Of a stretch of 64,000 bases of DNA, positions 30,015-39,677 are shown piece after piece. The notes beneath the pieces were generated by a model, which had not been told where the DNA came from, ran no database searches, and saw only the letters and a program-made list of their open reading frames with translations. The DNA is taken from IMG/VR virus record IMGVR_UViG_3300030430_003815. One strand, 5' to 3'. The first letter of the stretch is position 1. Each line of letters begins with the position of its first letter. The stretch is from an uncultured virus (IMG/VR IMGVR_UViG_3300030430_003815). Its lineage: Duplodnaviria; Heunggongvirae; Uroviricota; Caudoviricetes. The position numbers and the translations under genes are program-made.

Positions 30015-31130
30015 ATGTCTGATCAAATCGAACAGGATGTTGAGCTTACCAATGAAACAGAGGAAGCTCTATCCGAAAAAAGACATGGGAAGATGAATGC
30101 TGCCCATGATCCAAAAAATGCAGAAGCTCAGTCTTTAGCATCTACAGACGCTGCTGGTGAAGTGACCAAACAGGCCAAAGAACCAGGCGGAGCAGGTGGA
30201 AAAGCTGATCCAATGCCTAAACTCACAAAAGCCGGTATGGTCAACGCAATGTACAAAAAAATGAAAGGCATGAAGCATAGTGAAATGAAAAAGCACTATG
30301 AAGCCATGTACGGCGAAAGCGTTGAAATCGAAGATGAAGTGATCACTTCAAATCATGACGAAGATCTTGACGTTCTTATCAAGAGCGAAGAGTCTCTATC
30401 TGAAGGATTTAAAGAGAGAGCTGCTACCATATTCGAAGCTGCTGTAAATTCTAAAGTGAAAAAAGCTGTTGCTGAAAAGGATGCTGAAATTGAAGCTGAA
30501 TTGGCAGAAAGAGTGGAAGCACTTGAGGAGCAATATAAATCAGATATCGAGGAAGGTCTTAACGAAGCCAGAGATGGCCTAGTGGAAAAAATCGATAGCT
30601 ATCTAAACTACGTTGTTGAAACATGGATGCAGGAAAATAAACTCGCTGTCGAAAAGGGTTTACGAACTGAAATTGCTGAGACATTTATGAATAATCTAAA
30701 AGATCTATTCAAAGAGTCTTACATTCAGGTCCCTGAGTCTAAAGTAGACCTAGTTGATGACCTAGTTGATCAAGTCGAATCACTTGAAGAACAGCTAAAT
30801 AAATCAACTGAAAAAGCTATGACTATGAAAGAAGAAGCTGATAAACTAAGACGCGCTATTGTAATCAAAAATGCGTCTAAAGATTTAGCTGATACTCAAA
30901 TAGCAAAGCTTGAAGAACTCGCCGAAGGTATTGATTTCGAGGACGAAGATACTTTTACTAAGAAGATCGAAACTTTAAAAGGTTCATACTTTTCAGATAC
31001 ACCTGAAAAAGCTGTTGAAGCACAGGCCGCTGAAAAGATAGATGAAGCTACTGAAGAAGAAGGTCAACCAGTACAAGAAGTGTCTTCTAACATGGAAAAG
31101 TATCTGACAGCAATACGTCAAAATTCTTAA
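30015..31130 (+). CDS. gp22: Prohead core scaffold gp22
   Basis: FKERAATIFEAAV, IDSYLNYVVETW, LAVEKGLRTEIAE. Confidence 0.93.
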   Translation: MSDQIEQDVELTNETEEALSEKRHGKMNAAHDPKNAEAQSLASTDAAGEVTKQAKEPGGAGGKADPMPKLTKAGMVNAMYKKMKGMKHSEMKKHYEAMYGESVEIEDEVITSNHDEDLDVLIKSEESLSEGFKERAATIFEAAVNSKVKKAVAEKDAEIEAELAERVEALEEQYKSDIEEGLNEARDGLVEKIDSYLNYVVETWMQENKLAVEKGLRTEIAETFMNNLKDLFKESYIQVPESKVDLVDDLVDQVESLEEQLNKSTEKAMTMKEEADKLRRAIVIKNASKDLADTQIAKLEELAEGIDFEDEDTFTKKIETLKGSYFSDTPEKAVEAQAAEKIDEATEEEGQPVQEVSSNMEKYLTAIRQNS

Positions 31131-31147
31131 TTAGGGAGACAAAATAA

Positions 31148-32491
31148 ATGTCTAATTATTACAAAAATCTAACTGAAAAATGGGCACCAGTGCTCAATGA
31201 AGAGTCAGCCGGCGAAATTAAAGACTCTTACAAGAAAGCTGTGACTGCTGTTATCCTTGAAAACCAAGAGGCAGCATTAGCAGAGCAGCGACAGACACTA
31301 ACTGAAGCCGCACCAGGAAACGCAACGACTTCTATCGATCGTTGGGATCCTGTATTAATCTCACTCGTAAGACGCGCAATGCCAAACTTAATGGCTTACG
31401 ACGTCTGCGGTGTGCAGCCAATGACTGGACCAACTGGCCTTATCTTCGCGATGAAGTCAAGATTTGGTGCAGGAGCAACAGGTTCAACTGAAGCTCTATT
31501 TAACGAAGCAGACACTACATTTTCTGGTGACTCTGCTCTACCTGCCGCAAGTAACTTCCAAGGTAACTCAGCTGGTGCACAAGGTGCCGATCCATCAGGT
31601 CTCGGAACTTTAGCAGCTGTTGACTCCGCGGGTGCTGCTGCTAACACAGGTGTTGGAATGGAAACAGGAAACGCTGAAGGTCTAGGATCTTCAGGGTCCG
31701 GACCTTCTTCAGCTTTCGGTGAAATGGGATTTACCATTGAGAAAGCTACTGTGACTGCAAAGTCAAGAGCACTCAAAGCTGAATACAGCTTGGAACTAGC
31801 ACAAGACCTAAAAGCGATTCATGGTCTTGACGCTGAGCAGGAATTATCAAACATTCTTTCTGCCGAAATTCTAGCTGAAATCAACAGAGAAGTTATCAGA
31901 ACTATCAACGGTCAGGCAAAGACAGGTGCATCAACAGCAAACACAGCTGTTAACGGTGTATTTAATCTTAACTCAGACGCTGATGGTAGATGGTCAGTTG
32001 AAAAGTTCAAAGGTCTAATGGTCCAAATCGACCGTGAAGCCAACACAATCGCAAAAGAAACCAGACGTGGACGTGGTAACTTCATCATCTGTTCATCAGA
32101 TGTTGCAAGTGCATTATCCTCAACTGGAATGCTAGACTACGCTCCTGCTTTATCAACAGCATTAAATGTTGATGACACAGGTAACACTTTTGCTGGTGTT
32201 CTAAACGGAAGAACAAGAGTATACATTGACCCATATGCAACTGTAGACTACATCACAGTTGGTTATAAGGGAACAAATGCATACGATGCTGGTCTCTTTT
32301 ATTGCCCATACGTACCACTAACAATGGTCAGAGCTGTATCAGAGAATACATTCCAACCAAAAATTGGTTTTAAAACCAGATATGGAATGGTCTCAAACCC
32401 ATTTGTAGGATCTACTCCTTCTAATGGTCTTGCATCAGCAAAGACTAACCAATACTACAGAATCTTCAGAGTAGATAACATACTCGCATAA
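31148..32491 (+). CDS. gp23: Major capsid protein gp23
   Basis: GVQPMTGPTGLIFAM, SRALKAEYSLELAQDLKAIHGLDAE, FQPKIGFKTRYG. Confidence 0.98.
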   Translation: MSNYYKNLTEKWAPVLNEESAGEIKDSYKKAVTAVILENQEAALAEQRQTLTEAAPGNATTSIDRWDPVLISLVRRAMPNLMAYDVCGVQPMTGPTGLIFAMKSRFGAGATGSTEALFNEADTTFSGDSALPAASNFQGNSAGAQGADPSGLGTLAAVDSAGAAANTGVGMETGNAEGLGSSGSGPSSAFGEMGFTIEKATVTAKSRALKAEYSLELAQDLKAIHGLDAEQELSNILSAEILAEINREVIRTINGQAKTGASTANTAVNGVFNLNSDADGRWSVEKFKGLMVQIDREANTIAKETRRGRGNFIICSSDVASALSSTGMLDYAPALSTALNVDDTGNTFAGVLNGRTRVYIDPYATVDYITVGYKGTNAYDAGLFYCPYVPLTMVRAVSENTFQPKIGFKTRYGMVSNPFVGSTPSNGLASAKTNQYYRIFRVDNILA

Positions 32492-32515
32492 GAAGATTTT
32501 CACTTCTACACTCTC

Positions 32516-32543
32516 AGGGGCTCTTCGGAGCCCCTATTTTTTT
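32516..32543 (+). terminator. Rho-independent terminator after gp23
   Basis: AGGGGCTC-TTCG-GAGCCCCT followed by a T-tract (cUUCGg loop). Confidence 0.9.
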
Positions 32544-32544
32544 A

Positions 32545-32552
32545 TATAAATA
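32545..32552 (+). promoter_or_regulatory. Late promoter TATAAATA
   Basis: Exact motif, 5 nt before the gp3 ATG. Confidence 0.75.
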
Positions 32553-32557
32553 TCATT

Positions 32558-33061
32558 ATGGCAGAAGAATATACAAATTACAATTACTTTCAACCATCAC
32601 AATTTAAAGTCCGAATTGAAAGAAAAAGATTTGGTAACTTAGAATTTTATTGTCAGAGAGTTGTACATCCAGGTCTAGCAGTTACTGGAGCACCTGCACC
32701 TGTTTCTAGACTTGGAACATTAGCAATTCCTGGAGATACTTTAAACTATGATGAATTAGTTATGGATGTAATCATTGATGAAGATTTTAAAGGCTATAGT
32801 GAAATATATAATTCACTTGAGCAATTGACTCTTGCAAGAAGTAATCAAGATGGTCAAGTTCCTGGATTAGACTTACTTGAAACAGATATATATTTGTCTA
32901 TAATGTCAAGTGCAAATAATATAATAAAACAGTTTAAGTATGTTAATGCAATTCCTACAAGCTTGGGTGCGATAAACTTTGAAGCTACTGTAGCTGATAC
33001 AGATATAGTAACTTTTCCAATAACATTTAGAATTGATTCATTTGAAATACTAACGGCTTAA
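32558..33061 (+). CDS. gp3: Tail completion/tube terminator gp3-like
   Basis: FYCQRVVHPGL, PGDTLNYDEL...IIDED, PTSLGAINF. Confidence 0.8.
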   Translation: MAEEYTNYNYFQPSQFKVRIERKRFGNLEFYCQRVVHPGLAVTGAPAPVSRLGTLAIPGDTLNYDELVMDVIIDEDFKGYSEIYNSLEQLTLARSNQDGQVPGLDLLETDIYLSIMSSANNIIKQFKYVNAIPTSLGAINFEATVADTDIVTFPITFRIDSFEILTA

Positions 33062-33062
33062 T

Positions 33063-33668
33063 ATGATAAAAAATAATGATGTTCCTTCTCAAGAAGGCTA
33101 CGTGAAATATGATAAAAATGCTCAGCATATAAAATCTTTTTCAGGAAAGTACAGACCTTTACTCATTTTCACGAATAAAAATTGTCCAGCAAATATTCTA
33201 TTAAAATTTTTAATGGAAAGTAAAGAAGAGTATGCTGAAAAAGACAACATATCTTTTCATAACAGATCAACAATGGAAATAAGAAACATAATATCAAAAA
33301 AGATGTGTGGTGTAGTTATTACTGAAGATCATACAAAAGAAGAATTAAAAGACATACACAACATTTTAAATTATTATACTTACAGCGCTATACTATTTTA
33401 TGATAGAACAAATCCAAATGATAAGAATAAAATAATATGGGATTTGCTGGAAAGTAAGGGCGTACCAAGAGCAGCAATATGTGTTCAAGATCTATATAAA
33501 GAAAATGTAAATTTGTATGTTCTTCGAAGAATTTTTAATTATATACATGTTGATATATCAACTGATCAGTTTACAAATGCTAAAATTTATGGTATAATAA
33601 AAAGAGTAAATAGTGACGAAAATTACGTAATGAATAAACATTCTATTTCTAATATACATATGTTATAA
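33063..33668 (+). CDS. Hypothetical protein
   Basis: 201-aa ORF between gp3 and uvsY; no firm motif. Confidence 0.55.
   Translation: MIKNNDVPSQEGYVKYDKNAQHIKSFSGKYRPLLIFTNKNCPANILLKFLMESKEEYAEKDNISFHNRSTMEIRNIISKKMCGVVITEDHTKEELKDIHNILNYYTYSAILFYDRTNPNDKNKIIWDLLESKGVPRAAICVQDLYKENVNLYVLRRIFNYIHVDISTDQFTNAKIYGIIKRVNSDENYVMNKHSISNIHML
33570..33598 (+). promoter_or_regulatory. Early/sigma70-type promoter TTTACA-N17-TATAAT
   Basis: Phage consensus with extended -10 (TGGTATAAT), upstream of uvsY. Confidence 0.7.
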
Positions 33669-33684
33669 CTGACGGAGATTATTT

Positions 33685-34131
33685 TTGTTAAACCTTGAAG
33701 AAATATTAGTTGATTGGGAAAAAGATAGTAAAATTAATGATAAAGATCTATCTAGTGCTTCATTAGATACTGCATTAATGCATGCTAAATATCTTAAATT
33801 ATTATCATTAGCAAAACTGCAATCAAAAAAATCACAATTAAATCAAAAAACATTGCTTAAAGATAAGTGGCTTTATTATAATAATAAGATGTCAAAAGAA
33901 GAAATAGATGAGCATGGCTGGGACTATGATCCTTTTAAAGGATTAAAGATAATGAAATCAGATATGCATCACTGGTATGATACGGATAAAGACATACAGA
34001 AGAGCGAAGAAAAAGTTACCTACTACAAAACATTGGTTGAAACATTACAAGAAATGGTTGAGACATTAAGATGGCGACATCAAACGATTGGCAATATAAT
34101 AAAATGGAAGAATTTCGAAGCCGGTGGATAA
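33685..34131 (+). CDS. uvsY: Recombination mediator UvsY
   Basis: WEKDSKI, HAKYL, KWLYY, IGNIIKWKNFEAG; TTG start with GGAG SD. Confidence 0.88.
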   Translation: MLNLEEILVDWEKDSKINDKDLSSASLDTALMHAKYLKLLSLAKLQSKKSQLNQKTLLKDKWLYYNNKMSKEEIDEHGWDYDPFKGLKIMKSDMHHWYDTDKDIQKSEEKVTYYKTLVETLQEMVETLRWRHQTIGNIIKWKNFEAGG

Positions 34132-35629
34132 AATTGTAATACAAAAAAAGTCTCACAGTTCTATGTTTTTAGGATGTGATTTTGGAGTTGCAGCTGAACT
34201 CAGTGACTTCTTTTCTTTTTTTGTTCCAGGATATAAGTACATGCCTTTATATCGTAATAGAGTGTGGGACGGTAAGGTGAGATTATTTAATGCTCAAACA
34301 AAAGAGCTACCATGTGGTTTATTACCATATGTTCAAGAATTTGCTGAAAAAAGAAGATATGCTATAGATTATGAAGATAGCGATTATGGACCACCAGAAT
34401 CTTTTAATGATGTAGATGCGAATGAAATAATGGATTTCATAAAAGATTTAGATCTTCATAATGGAGGTCAGCCTATTGAGATAAGAGATTATCAATTCAA
34501 CGCAATATGTGAAAGTATCAAAAGAAAAAGAGCTGTAATGCTATCACCAACTGGCTCTGGTAAGTCATTAATAATATACATACTAATGAGATGGTACTTA
34601 GAAAATTTTGATGAAAAAGTTTTAATAATAGTTCCAACAACTTCTTTAGTAGAACAGATGTTTGGAGATTTTAAAGACTATTCATCTAATGATAATTCTT
34701 GGAATGCTGATGAAGAATGTCATGTGATATATTCTGGAAAACCTAAAACTAGTATACAAGAAAGAATTTTTATCAGTACTTGGCAATCTATATACAAACT
34801 TCCATATACTTGGTTTGAGCAGTTTGGTATAACTTTTGGTGATGAATGTCATGGATTTAAATCTAAATCTTTAACTAATATAATGAATAAAGCAAGACTT
34901 TCTGAATATAGATTTGGGACAACTGGAACTCTGGACGGTACACAAACTCATCAGTTAGTATTAGAAGGATTATTTGGAAAAGTTATGAAAGTAACTTCCA
35001 CTAAAGACTTGCAGGATAAAGATACGTTAGCACCATTAGATATATTTTTAATAGAACTACAGCATGAAGAAGAAATAAGAAAGATGGCTGTTGGATTAAA
35101 ATATCAAAATGAAATAGATTTAATAATAAGAAGTCAGAAAAGAAATAATTTTATACGTAACTTAGCAATAGATCAAAAAGGTAATACACTTGTTTTGTTT
35201 CAATTTGTCGAAAAGCACGGAAAGGTATTATTTGATTTAATAAATAGTAAGGCTAAGGAGGAAAGAAAAGTTTTCTTTGTTAGTGGTGCAACCGAAACAT
35301 CTGATAGAGAGGCTATTAGAAAAATAACAGAAGGACAAAAAGATGCTATCATCGTGGCCAGCTTGGGTACTTTTTCCACTGGGATTAATATTCGTAATCT
35401 CCACAACATCATCTTTGCATCGCCGTCTAAAAGCCAGATTCGAGTTTTACAATCGATTGGAAGAGGACTCCGTAAAACAGAAGATGGAAAAACCACTAAA
35501 CTCTATGACATTGCGGATAATCTCCAGCATAAATCAAGAAAAAACTACGCACTCTCCCACGCAGAAGAAAGATTAAAGATTTATAGAAAAGAAAAGTTCA
35601 ATTATAAAGTAGTTAAGGTAAAGTTATGA
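34124..35629 (+). CDS. uvsW: SF2 helicase UvsW
   Basis: WDGKVRLF, SPTGSGKS, DECH, GTFSTGINI, QSIGRGLR. Confidence 0.95.
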   Translation: MDKIVIQKKSHSSMFLGCDFGVAAELSDFFSFFVPGYKYMPLYRNRVWDGKVRLFNAQTKELPCGLLPYVQEFAEKRRYAIDYEDSDYGPPESFNDVDANEIMDFIKDLDLHNGGQPIEIRDYQFNAICESIKRKRAVMLSPTGSGKSLIIYILMRWYLENFDEKVLIIVPTTSLVEQMFGDFKDYSSNDNSWNADEECHVIYSGKPKTSIQERIFISTWQSIYKLPYTWFEQFGITFGDECHGFKSKSLTNIMNKARLSEYRFGTTGTLDGTQTHQLVLEGLFGKVMKVTSTKDLQDKDTLAPLDIFLIELQHEEEIRKMAVGLKYQNEIDLIIRSQKRNNFIRNLAIDQKGNTLVLFQFVEKHGKVLFDLINSKAKEERKVFFVSGATETSDREAIRKITEGQKDAIIVASLGTFSTGINIRNLHNIIFASPSKSQIRVLQSIGRGLRKTEDGKTTKLYDIADNLQHKSRKNYALSHAEERLKIYRKEKFNYKVVKVKL

Positions 35630-36084
35630 ACGAAAAAATGATTAAACAAGCAAGGCTAAGTGACGGTTCGGAAATTATATGTGAATTAATTGAGGAATAC
35701 GAGCAAGAGATTATAGTAAGGGTTCCTCTTAAAATAGTAAAAATAGACTTATCTTATGAAAAATCAATATATACTTTTAAACCTTATATGACATACACTG
35801 AATTTACAGACAATTTCATCGCTCTAAATTGGGATCATGTTATAGCAATTGCAAATCCTCATAAAGAAATATTAAAACAATATGTGACCGCGATAAAAAA
35901 AATCGATAAATTAAAAAATGAAGGAGACATACCTTATAGCACAGAAGAAGAAGCCATTAAAAAAGTTTTTAATAAAGTAAAGGATAAAATGGATTCCAAT
36001 AACATTTCTGGAGAAGAAATGGATTCCGCATCATCTAATGTAATATACGTACCGTTTTCCACAGATAAAGACAAGATGCATTGA
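35626..36084 (+). CDS. Hypothetical protein (possible Sm-like fold) between uvsW and gp55
   Basis: RLSDGSEIICEL N-terminus; position typical of marine T4-like phages. Confidence 0.6.
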   Translation: MNEKMIKQARLSDGSEIICELIEEYEQEIIVRVPLKIVKIDLSYEKSIYTFKPYMTYTEFTDNFIALNWDHVIAIANPHKEILKQYVTAIKKIDKLKNEGDIPYSTEEEAIKKVFNKVKDKMDSNNISGEEMDSASSNVIYVPFSTDKDKMH

Positions 36085-36118
36085 TATATACTCCTCCCAC
36101 TCCAAAAAACCTCTATTA

Positions 36119-36148
36119 ATTATACCATATTTTTCATGGTTTGTAAAC
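36119..36148 (-). promoter_or_regulatory. Leftward (antisense) early-type promoter
   Basis: Reverse complement reads GTTTACA-N17-TATAAT (aaccatgaaaaatatgg spacer), identical to the phage consensus. Confidence 0.7.
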
Positions 36149-36179
36149 AGTTTTTTTCACATTTTTACAATTTTTTTAG

Positions 36180-36208
36180 TTTACTTTTATGTGAAAATAG
36201 ATTATAAT
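36180..36208 (+). promoter_or_regulatory. Early-type promoter for gp55
   Basis: TTTACT-N17-TATAAT. Confidence 0.75.
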
Positions 36209-36232
36209 ATTATTATTGAAAGGTAAAATAGT

Positions 36233-36823
36233 ATGGCAAAACGCAGTAAAAACGTTCATTATGTAAACAACCAAGAGTTCTCCTCAGCTGTAGTTGATTA
36301 TGTTGGAACGGTAAAAGAAGCAAAAGAGTCAGGTAAACCAATCCCTGTAGTTACAGATTATGTCGCTACTTGTTTCTTAAGAATTGCTGAGAATCTTTCA
36401 CACAAATCTAACTTTATAAGATATACTTACAGAGAAGAAATGGTGATGGATGCAGTAGAAAATTGTCTTAAGGCAGTAGAAAATTATGATATAAATGCAT
36501 CAACTAGAACAGGAAAACCAAATGCTTTTGCTTATTTCACACAGATAATTTGGTATGCATTCTTAAGAAGAATTACTAAAGAAAAGAAACAACAAGATAT
36601 TAAAGAAAAATATCTTTCTCAATCTGGTATTGAAGCTTTTCTTGCTGCAGAACAAGGGGATATGTCAACTCAAGTCGTTACAAACTTTGTAGATACTCTA
36701 AAAGATAGAATAGATAAAGTTAAGACACATGATGCTGATTTAAAAGCCTTTGCTCAAAAACAAAAAACTAGAAAGAAAAGAGCGGTAAACGTTGATTCAG
36801 ATTTAAGTGAATTTCTGAAGTAA
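36233..36823 (+). CDS. gp55: Late-transcription sigma factor gp55
   Basis: HYVNNQEF, NFIRYTYREEMVMDAVENC, NAFAYFTQIIWYAFLRRITKEKKQ. Confidence 0.95.
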   Translation: MAKRSKNVHYVNNQEFSSAVVDYVGTVKEAKESGKPIPVVTDYVATCFLRIAENLSHKSNFIRYTYREEMVMDAVENCLKAVENYDINASTRTGKPNAFAYFTQIIWYAFLRRITKEKKQQDIKEKYLSQSGIEAFLAAEQGDMSTQVVTNFVDTLKDRIDKVKTHDADLKAFAQKQKTRKKRAVNVDSDLSEFLK

Positions 36824-36839
36824 AAAATAGGAAGGAAGA

Positions 36840-37901
36840 ATGAAAGTTGCAATTTTAAATGATACTCATTGCGGTATCAGGAATAGTTCTGATGTTTTTT
36901 TAAATAACTCTGCTGATTTTTATGACAAGGTATTTTTTCCTTATTGTCAAGAACATAATATAAAGCAGATAGTACATCTAGGTGATGTATATGATCATCG
37001 TAAGTTTATAAACTTCAGAGCATTAAATCATTACAGAAAACATTTCTTAAATAAGATTAGAGAATATGGTATGATTATGGATGTCATTCCAGGCAATCAT
37101 GATACGTATTATAAAAACACTAATGAACTGAATTCATTAAAAGAATTGTTAGGTCATTTTATGAACGAGATTCATATCGTAATGGAACCTAAAGTTATGG
37201 AATATGGTTCATTAAAAATGGCTTTACTCCCTTGGATAAACGGAGAAAACTATGATAGGTCTATAAACTTTATAAAAGACTGTAAAGCAGACTGGTTAGG
37301 TGGTCATTTAGAACTTAGTGGTTTTGAGATAATGCGTGGTGTTACTCAAATGCATGGAATGGATCATAAATTATTTCAAAAATTTGAATTGGTAATGTCC
37401 GGTCATTATCATGTATCGTCTAAAAAAGATAACGTTTGGTACCTTGGAAGTCAAATGGAATTCTTTTGGTCAGATGTAAATGATCCAAAATACTTTCATG
37501 TGATGGATACCGAAACTCGTGAAGTTAAAATGATAAGAAATCCATATACAATGTTTGAAAAAATACTGTATGATGATTCCAAAGAAGACTATACACAAAA
37601 AGACATAAGCTTCGTTGATAATAAATTTGTTAAAATAGTTGTGATAAATAGAAAAGACTTGTTTACATTTGACTCATTTGTTGATAAAATACAAAATAGG
37701 CCAATACATGATTTAAAGATCGCAGAAAACTTTGATGAATATCTTGGTGAAAATGTAGAAGACGAATCAATATCTCTTGAAGATACTAGTACTTTACTCG
37801 ATAGTTACGTAGATGCTGTTGATACAGAACTAGACAAGGATAAGATAAAAGTATCTATGAGACAATTATTAAGTGAAGCACAGGCAATGGAAATAGCATG
37901 A
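36840..37901 (+). CDS. gp47: Recombination nuclease gp47 (Mre11/SbcD-like)
   Basis: DTHCG, HLGD, GNHD, GHLE, SGHYH metallophosphoesterase motifs. Confidence 0.95.
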   Translation: MKVAILNDTHCGIRNSSDVFLNNSADFYDKVFFPYCQEHNIKQIVHLGDVYDHRKFINFRALNHYRKHFLNKIREYGMIMDVIPGNHDTYYKNTNELNSLKELLGHFMNEIHIVMEPKVMEYGSLKMALLPWINGENYDRSINFIKDCKADWLGGHLELSGFEIMRGVTQMHGMDHKLFQKFELVMSGHYHVSSKKDNVWYLGSQMEFFWSDVNDPKYFHVMDTETREVKMIRNPYTMFEKILYDDSKEDYTQKDISFVDNKFVKIVVINRKDLFTFDSFVDKIQNRPIHDLKIAENFDEYLGENVEDESISLEDTSTLLDSYVDAVDTELDKDKIKVSMRQLLSEAQAMEIA

Positions 37902-39616
37902 TAATATTTGAAGCCATACGTTGGAAAAACTTTCTATCTACTGGAAACAACTGGACTGAAATTAATTTAATAAAATCAAAATCGACTCTTGTCATAGGGC
38001 AAAATGGTGCTGGTAAATCTACAATGTTAGATGCTATATCGTTTGCCTTGTTTGGAAGAGCACATCGTAATATAACTAAATCACAACTTATCAATAGTAT
38101 TAATAATAAAAATTGTGAGGTTGAAGTAAAATTTACCATAGGAAAATCTAAGTTTAGAGTCCTACGTGGAATCAAACCAAACATATTTGAGATTTGGAAG
38201 AATGGCGATATGATAAATCAATCGTCGCATTCCAAAGAGTACCAGAAGATTCTCGAACAGAACATCATTAAGCTTAATCACAAAAGCTTTCATCAAATTG
38301 TTGTGCTGGGATCTTCTTCCTTCATTCCTTTCATGCAACTCTCAGCTCAACATAGGAGAGATGTTATAGAGGATCTTCTGGATATTAATATATTCTCAAA
38401 GATGAATACTATTCTAAAAGAAAAGAACCTTGAAGTTAAAAACAAATTAAAAGAAAACGCTCATCAAATAGATCTTATAAAGAATAGTTTAGACTCTCAA
38501 AGAAAATATATTAGAGACATTACTCAAATAAATGAAGATGAAATAAGAGATAGAAATAAAAAGATAGATGAACTTCATGATGAAATACAACTTTTAAATA
38601 CTAAAAATGGAGAACACAGTTTATTCTTAGAAGAAAATTCTGCTATTATAACCAGCAAACTAAAAGAATATAACGATAAAAAAACTTCTATTCTTCATAA
38701 TAAATCTACTATGGAATCTCAAATCAAATCAATTGTAAAAGATTCTAAGTTCTATGAAGATAATGATAATTGTCCTACATGTTCTCAACCTATTGAACCT
38801 GAATTTAAAAAGCAAAAAATTCGTGAGTGTAAAGCAGAAGCTACTTCTATAAAAACACAATATGATAATATGTTAAGTGAATCTCAAGAAGTTTTAGACT
38901 TAATAGATGAGTGGAATACAAAAGCAGAAGAGATACGTAATCGTCAGTCAGAAATAAATGGTAATAATAAAACTATTGAAAGTTTACAAAACCAAGTTAA
39001 CAAGACTCATGGTGAAATCGAAAAACTTACTTCAAGAGAAGGTGATCTTGGAAAAGCGAACGAAGAGTTACAGAATATGATGAACGATCGTGATACTTTT
39101 TTAGAAGATAAACTTACTTTGAATGAAGAACTTGCATACAATGGAGTTATGGGCGAGCTTTTAAAAGATACTGGAATCAAAACAAAAGTCATCAAACAAT
39201 ACGTTCCAGTTATTAACAAATTAGTAAATCAATATCTACAGGTTTTGGATTTCTTTGTACACTTTAATTTAGATGAAAGCTTTAATGAAACAATAAGATC
39301 AAGACATAGAGATGCCTTCTCATATGACTCTTTTTCTGAAGGTGAAAAACAAAGAATTGACTTGGCGTTATTATTTACTTGGAGACAGATAGCAAAGATG
39401 AAAAACTCTGTTGCTACTAATCTTCTTCTACTCGATGAAACCTTTGATTCGTCTCTTGATCATGATGGAGTAGAAAACCTTATGAAGATATTACATACAC
39501 TTGATAATAGTACAAACGTGTTTGTGATATCTCATAAAGGAGAAATCTTAGATAGCAAATTCAAAGAAAAGCTTGAGTTTGTAAAAGAAAGAAACTTTAG
39601 TAAATTAATTGCATAA
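37898..39616 (+). CDS. gp46: Recombination ATPase gp46 (Rad50/SbcC-like)
   Basis: GQNGAGKST, CPTC zinc hook, FSEGEK, LLDE. Confidence 0.95.
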   Translation: MIIFEAIRWKNFLSTGNNWTEINLIKSKSTLVIGQNGAGKSTMLDAISFALFGRAHRNITKSQLINSINNKNCEVEVKFTIGKSKFRVLRGIKPNIFEIWKNGDMINQSSHSKEYQKILEQNIIKLNHKSFHQIVVLGSSSFIPFMQLSAQHRRDVIEDLLDINIFSKMNTILKEKNLEVKNKLKENAHQIDLIKNSLDSQRKYIRDITQINEDEIRDRNKKIDELHDEIQLLNTKNGEHSLFLEENSAIITSKLKEYNDKKTSILHNKSTMESQIKSIVKDSKFYEDNDNCPTCSQPIEPEFKKQKIRECKAEATSIKTQYDNMLSESQEVLDLIDEWNTKAEEIRNRQSEINGNNKTIESLQNQVNKTHGEIEKLTSREGDLGKANEELQNMMNDRDTFLEDKLTLNEELAYNGVMGELLKDTGIKTKVIKQYVPVINKLVNQYLQVLDFFVHFNLDESFNETIRSRHRDAFSYDSFSEGEKQRIDLALLFTWRQIAKMKNSVATNLLLLDETFDSSLDHDGVENLMKILHTLDNSTNVFVISHKGEILDSKFKEKLEFVKERNFSKLIA

Positions 39617-39621
39617 AACTG

Positions 39622-39650
39622 TTTACATTTGTGAAAAAATTTGATATAAT
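39622..39650 (+). promoter_or_regulatory. Early-type promoter for gp45
   Basis: TTTACA-N17-TATAAT with extended -10 TG. Confidence 0.75.
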
Positions 39651-39677
39651 AATACTATATAATGATTGGAGTATATA

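Noticed and set aside
33063..33668. Sulfotransferase-like assignment for this ORF
   Set aside because: Only a vague resemblance; no intact PAPS-binding motif
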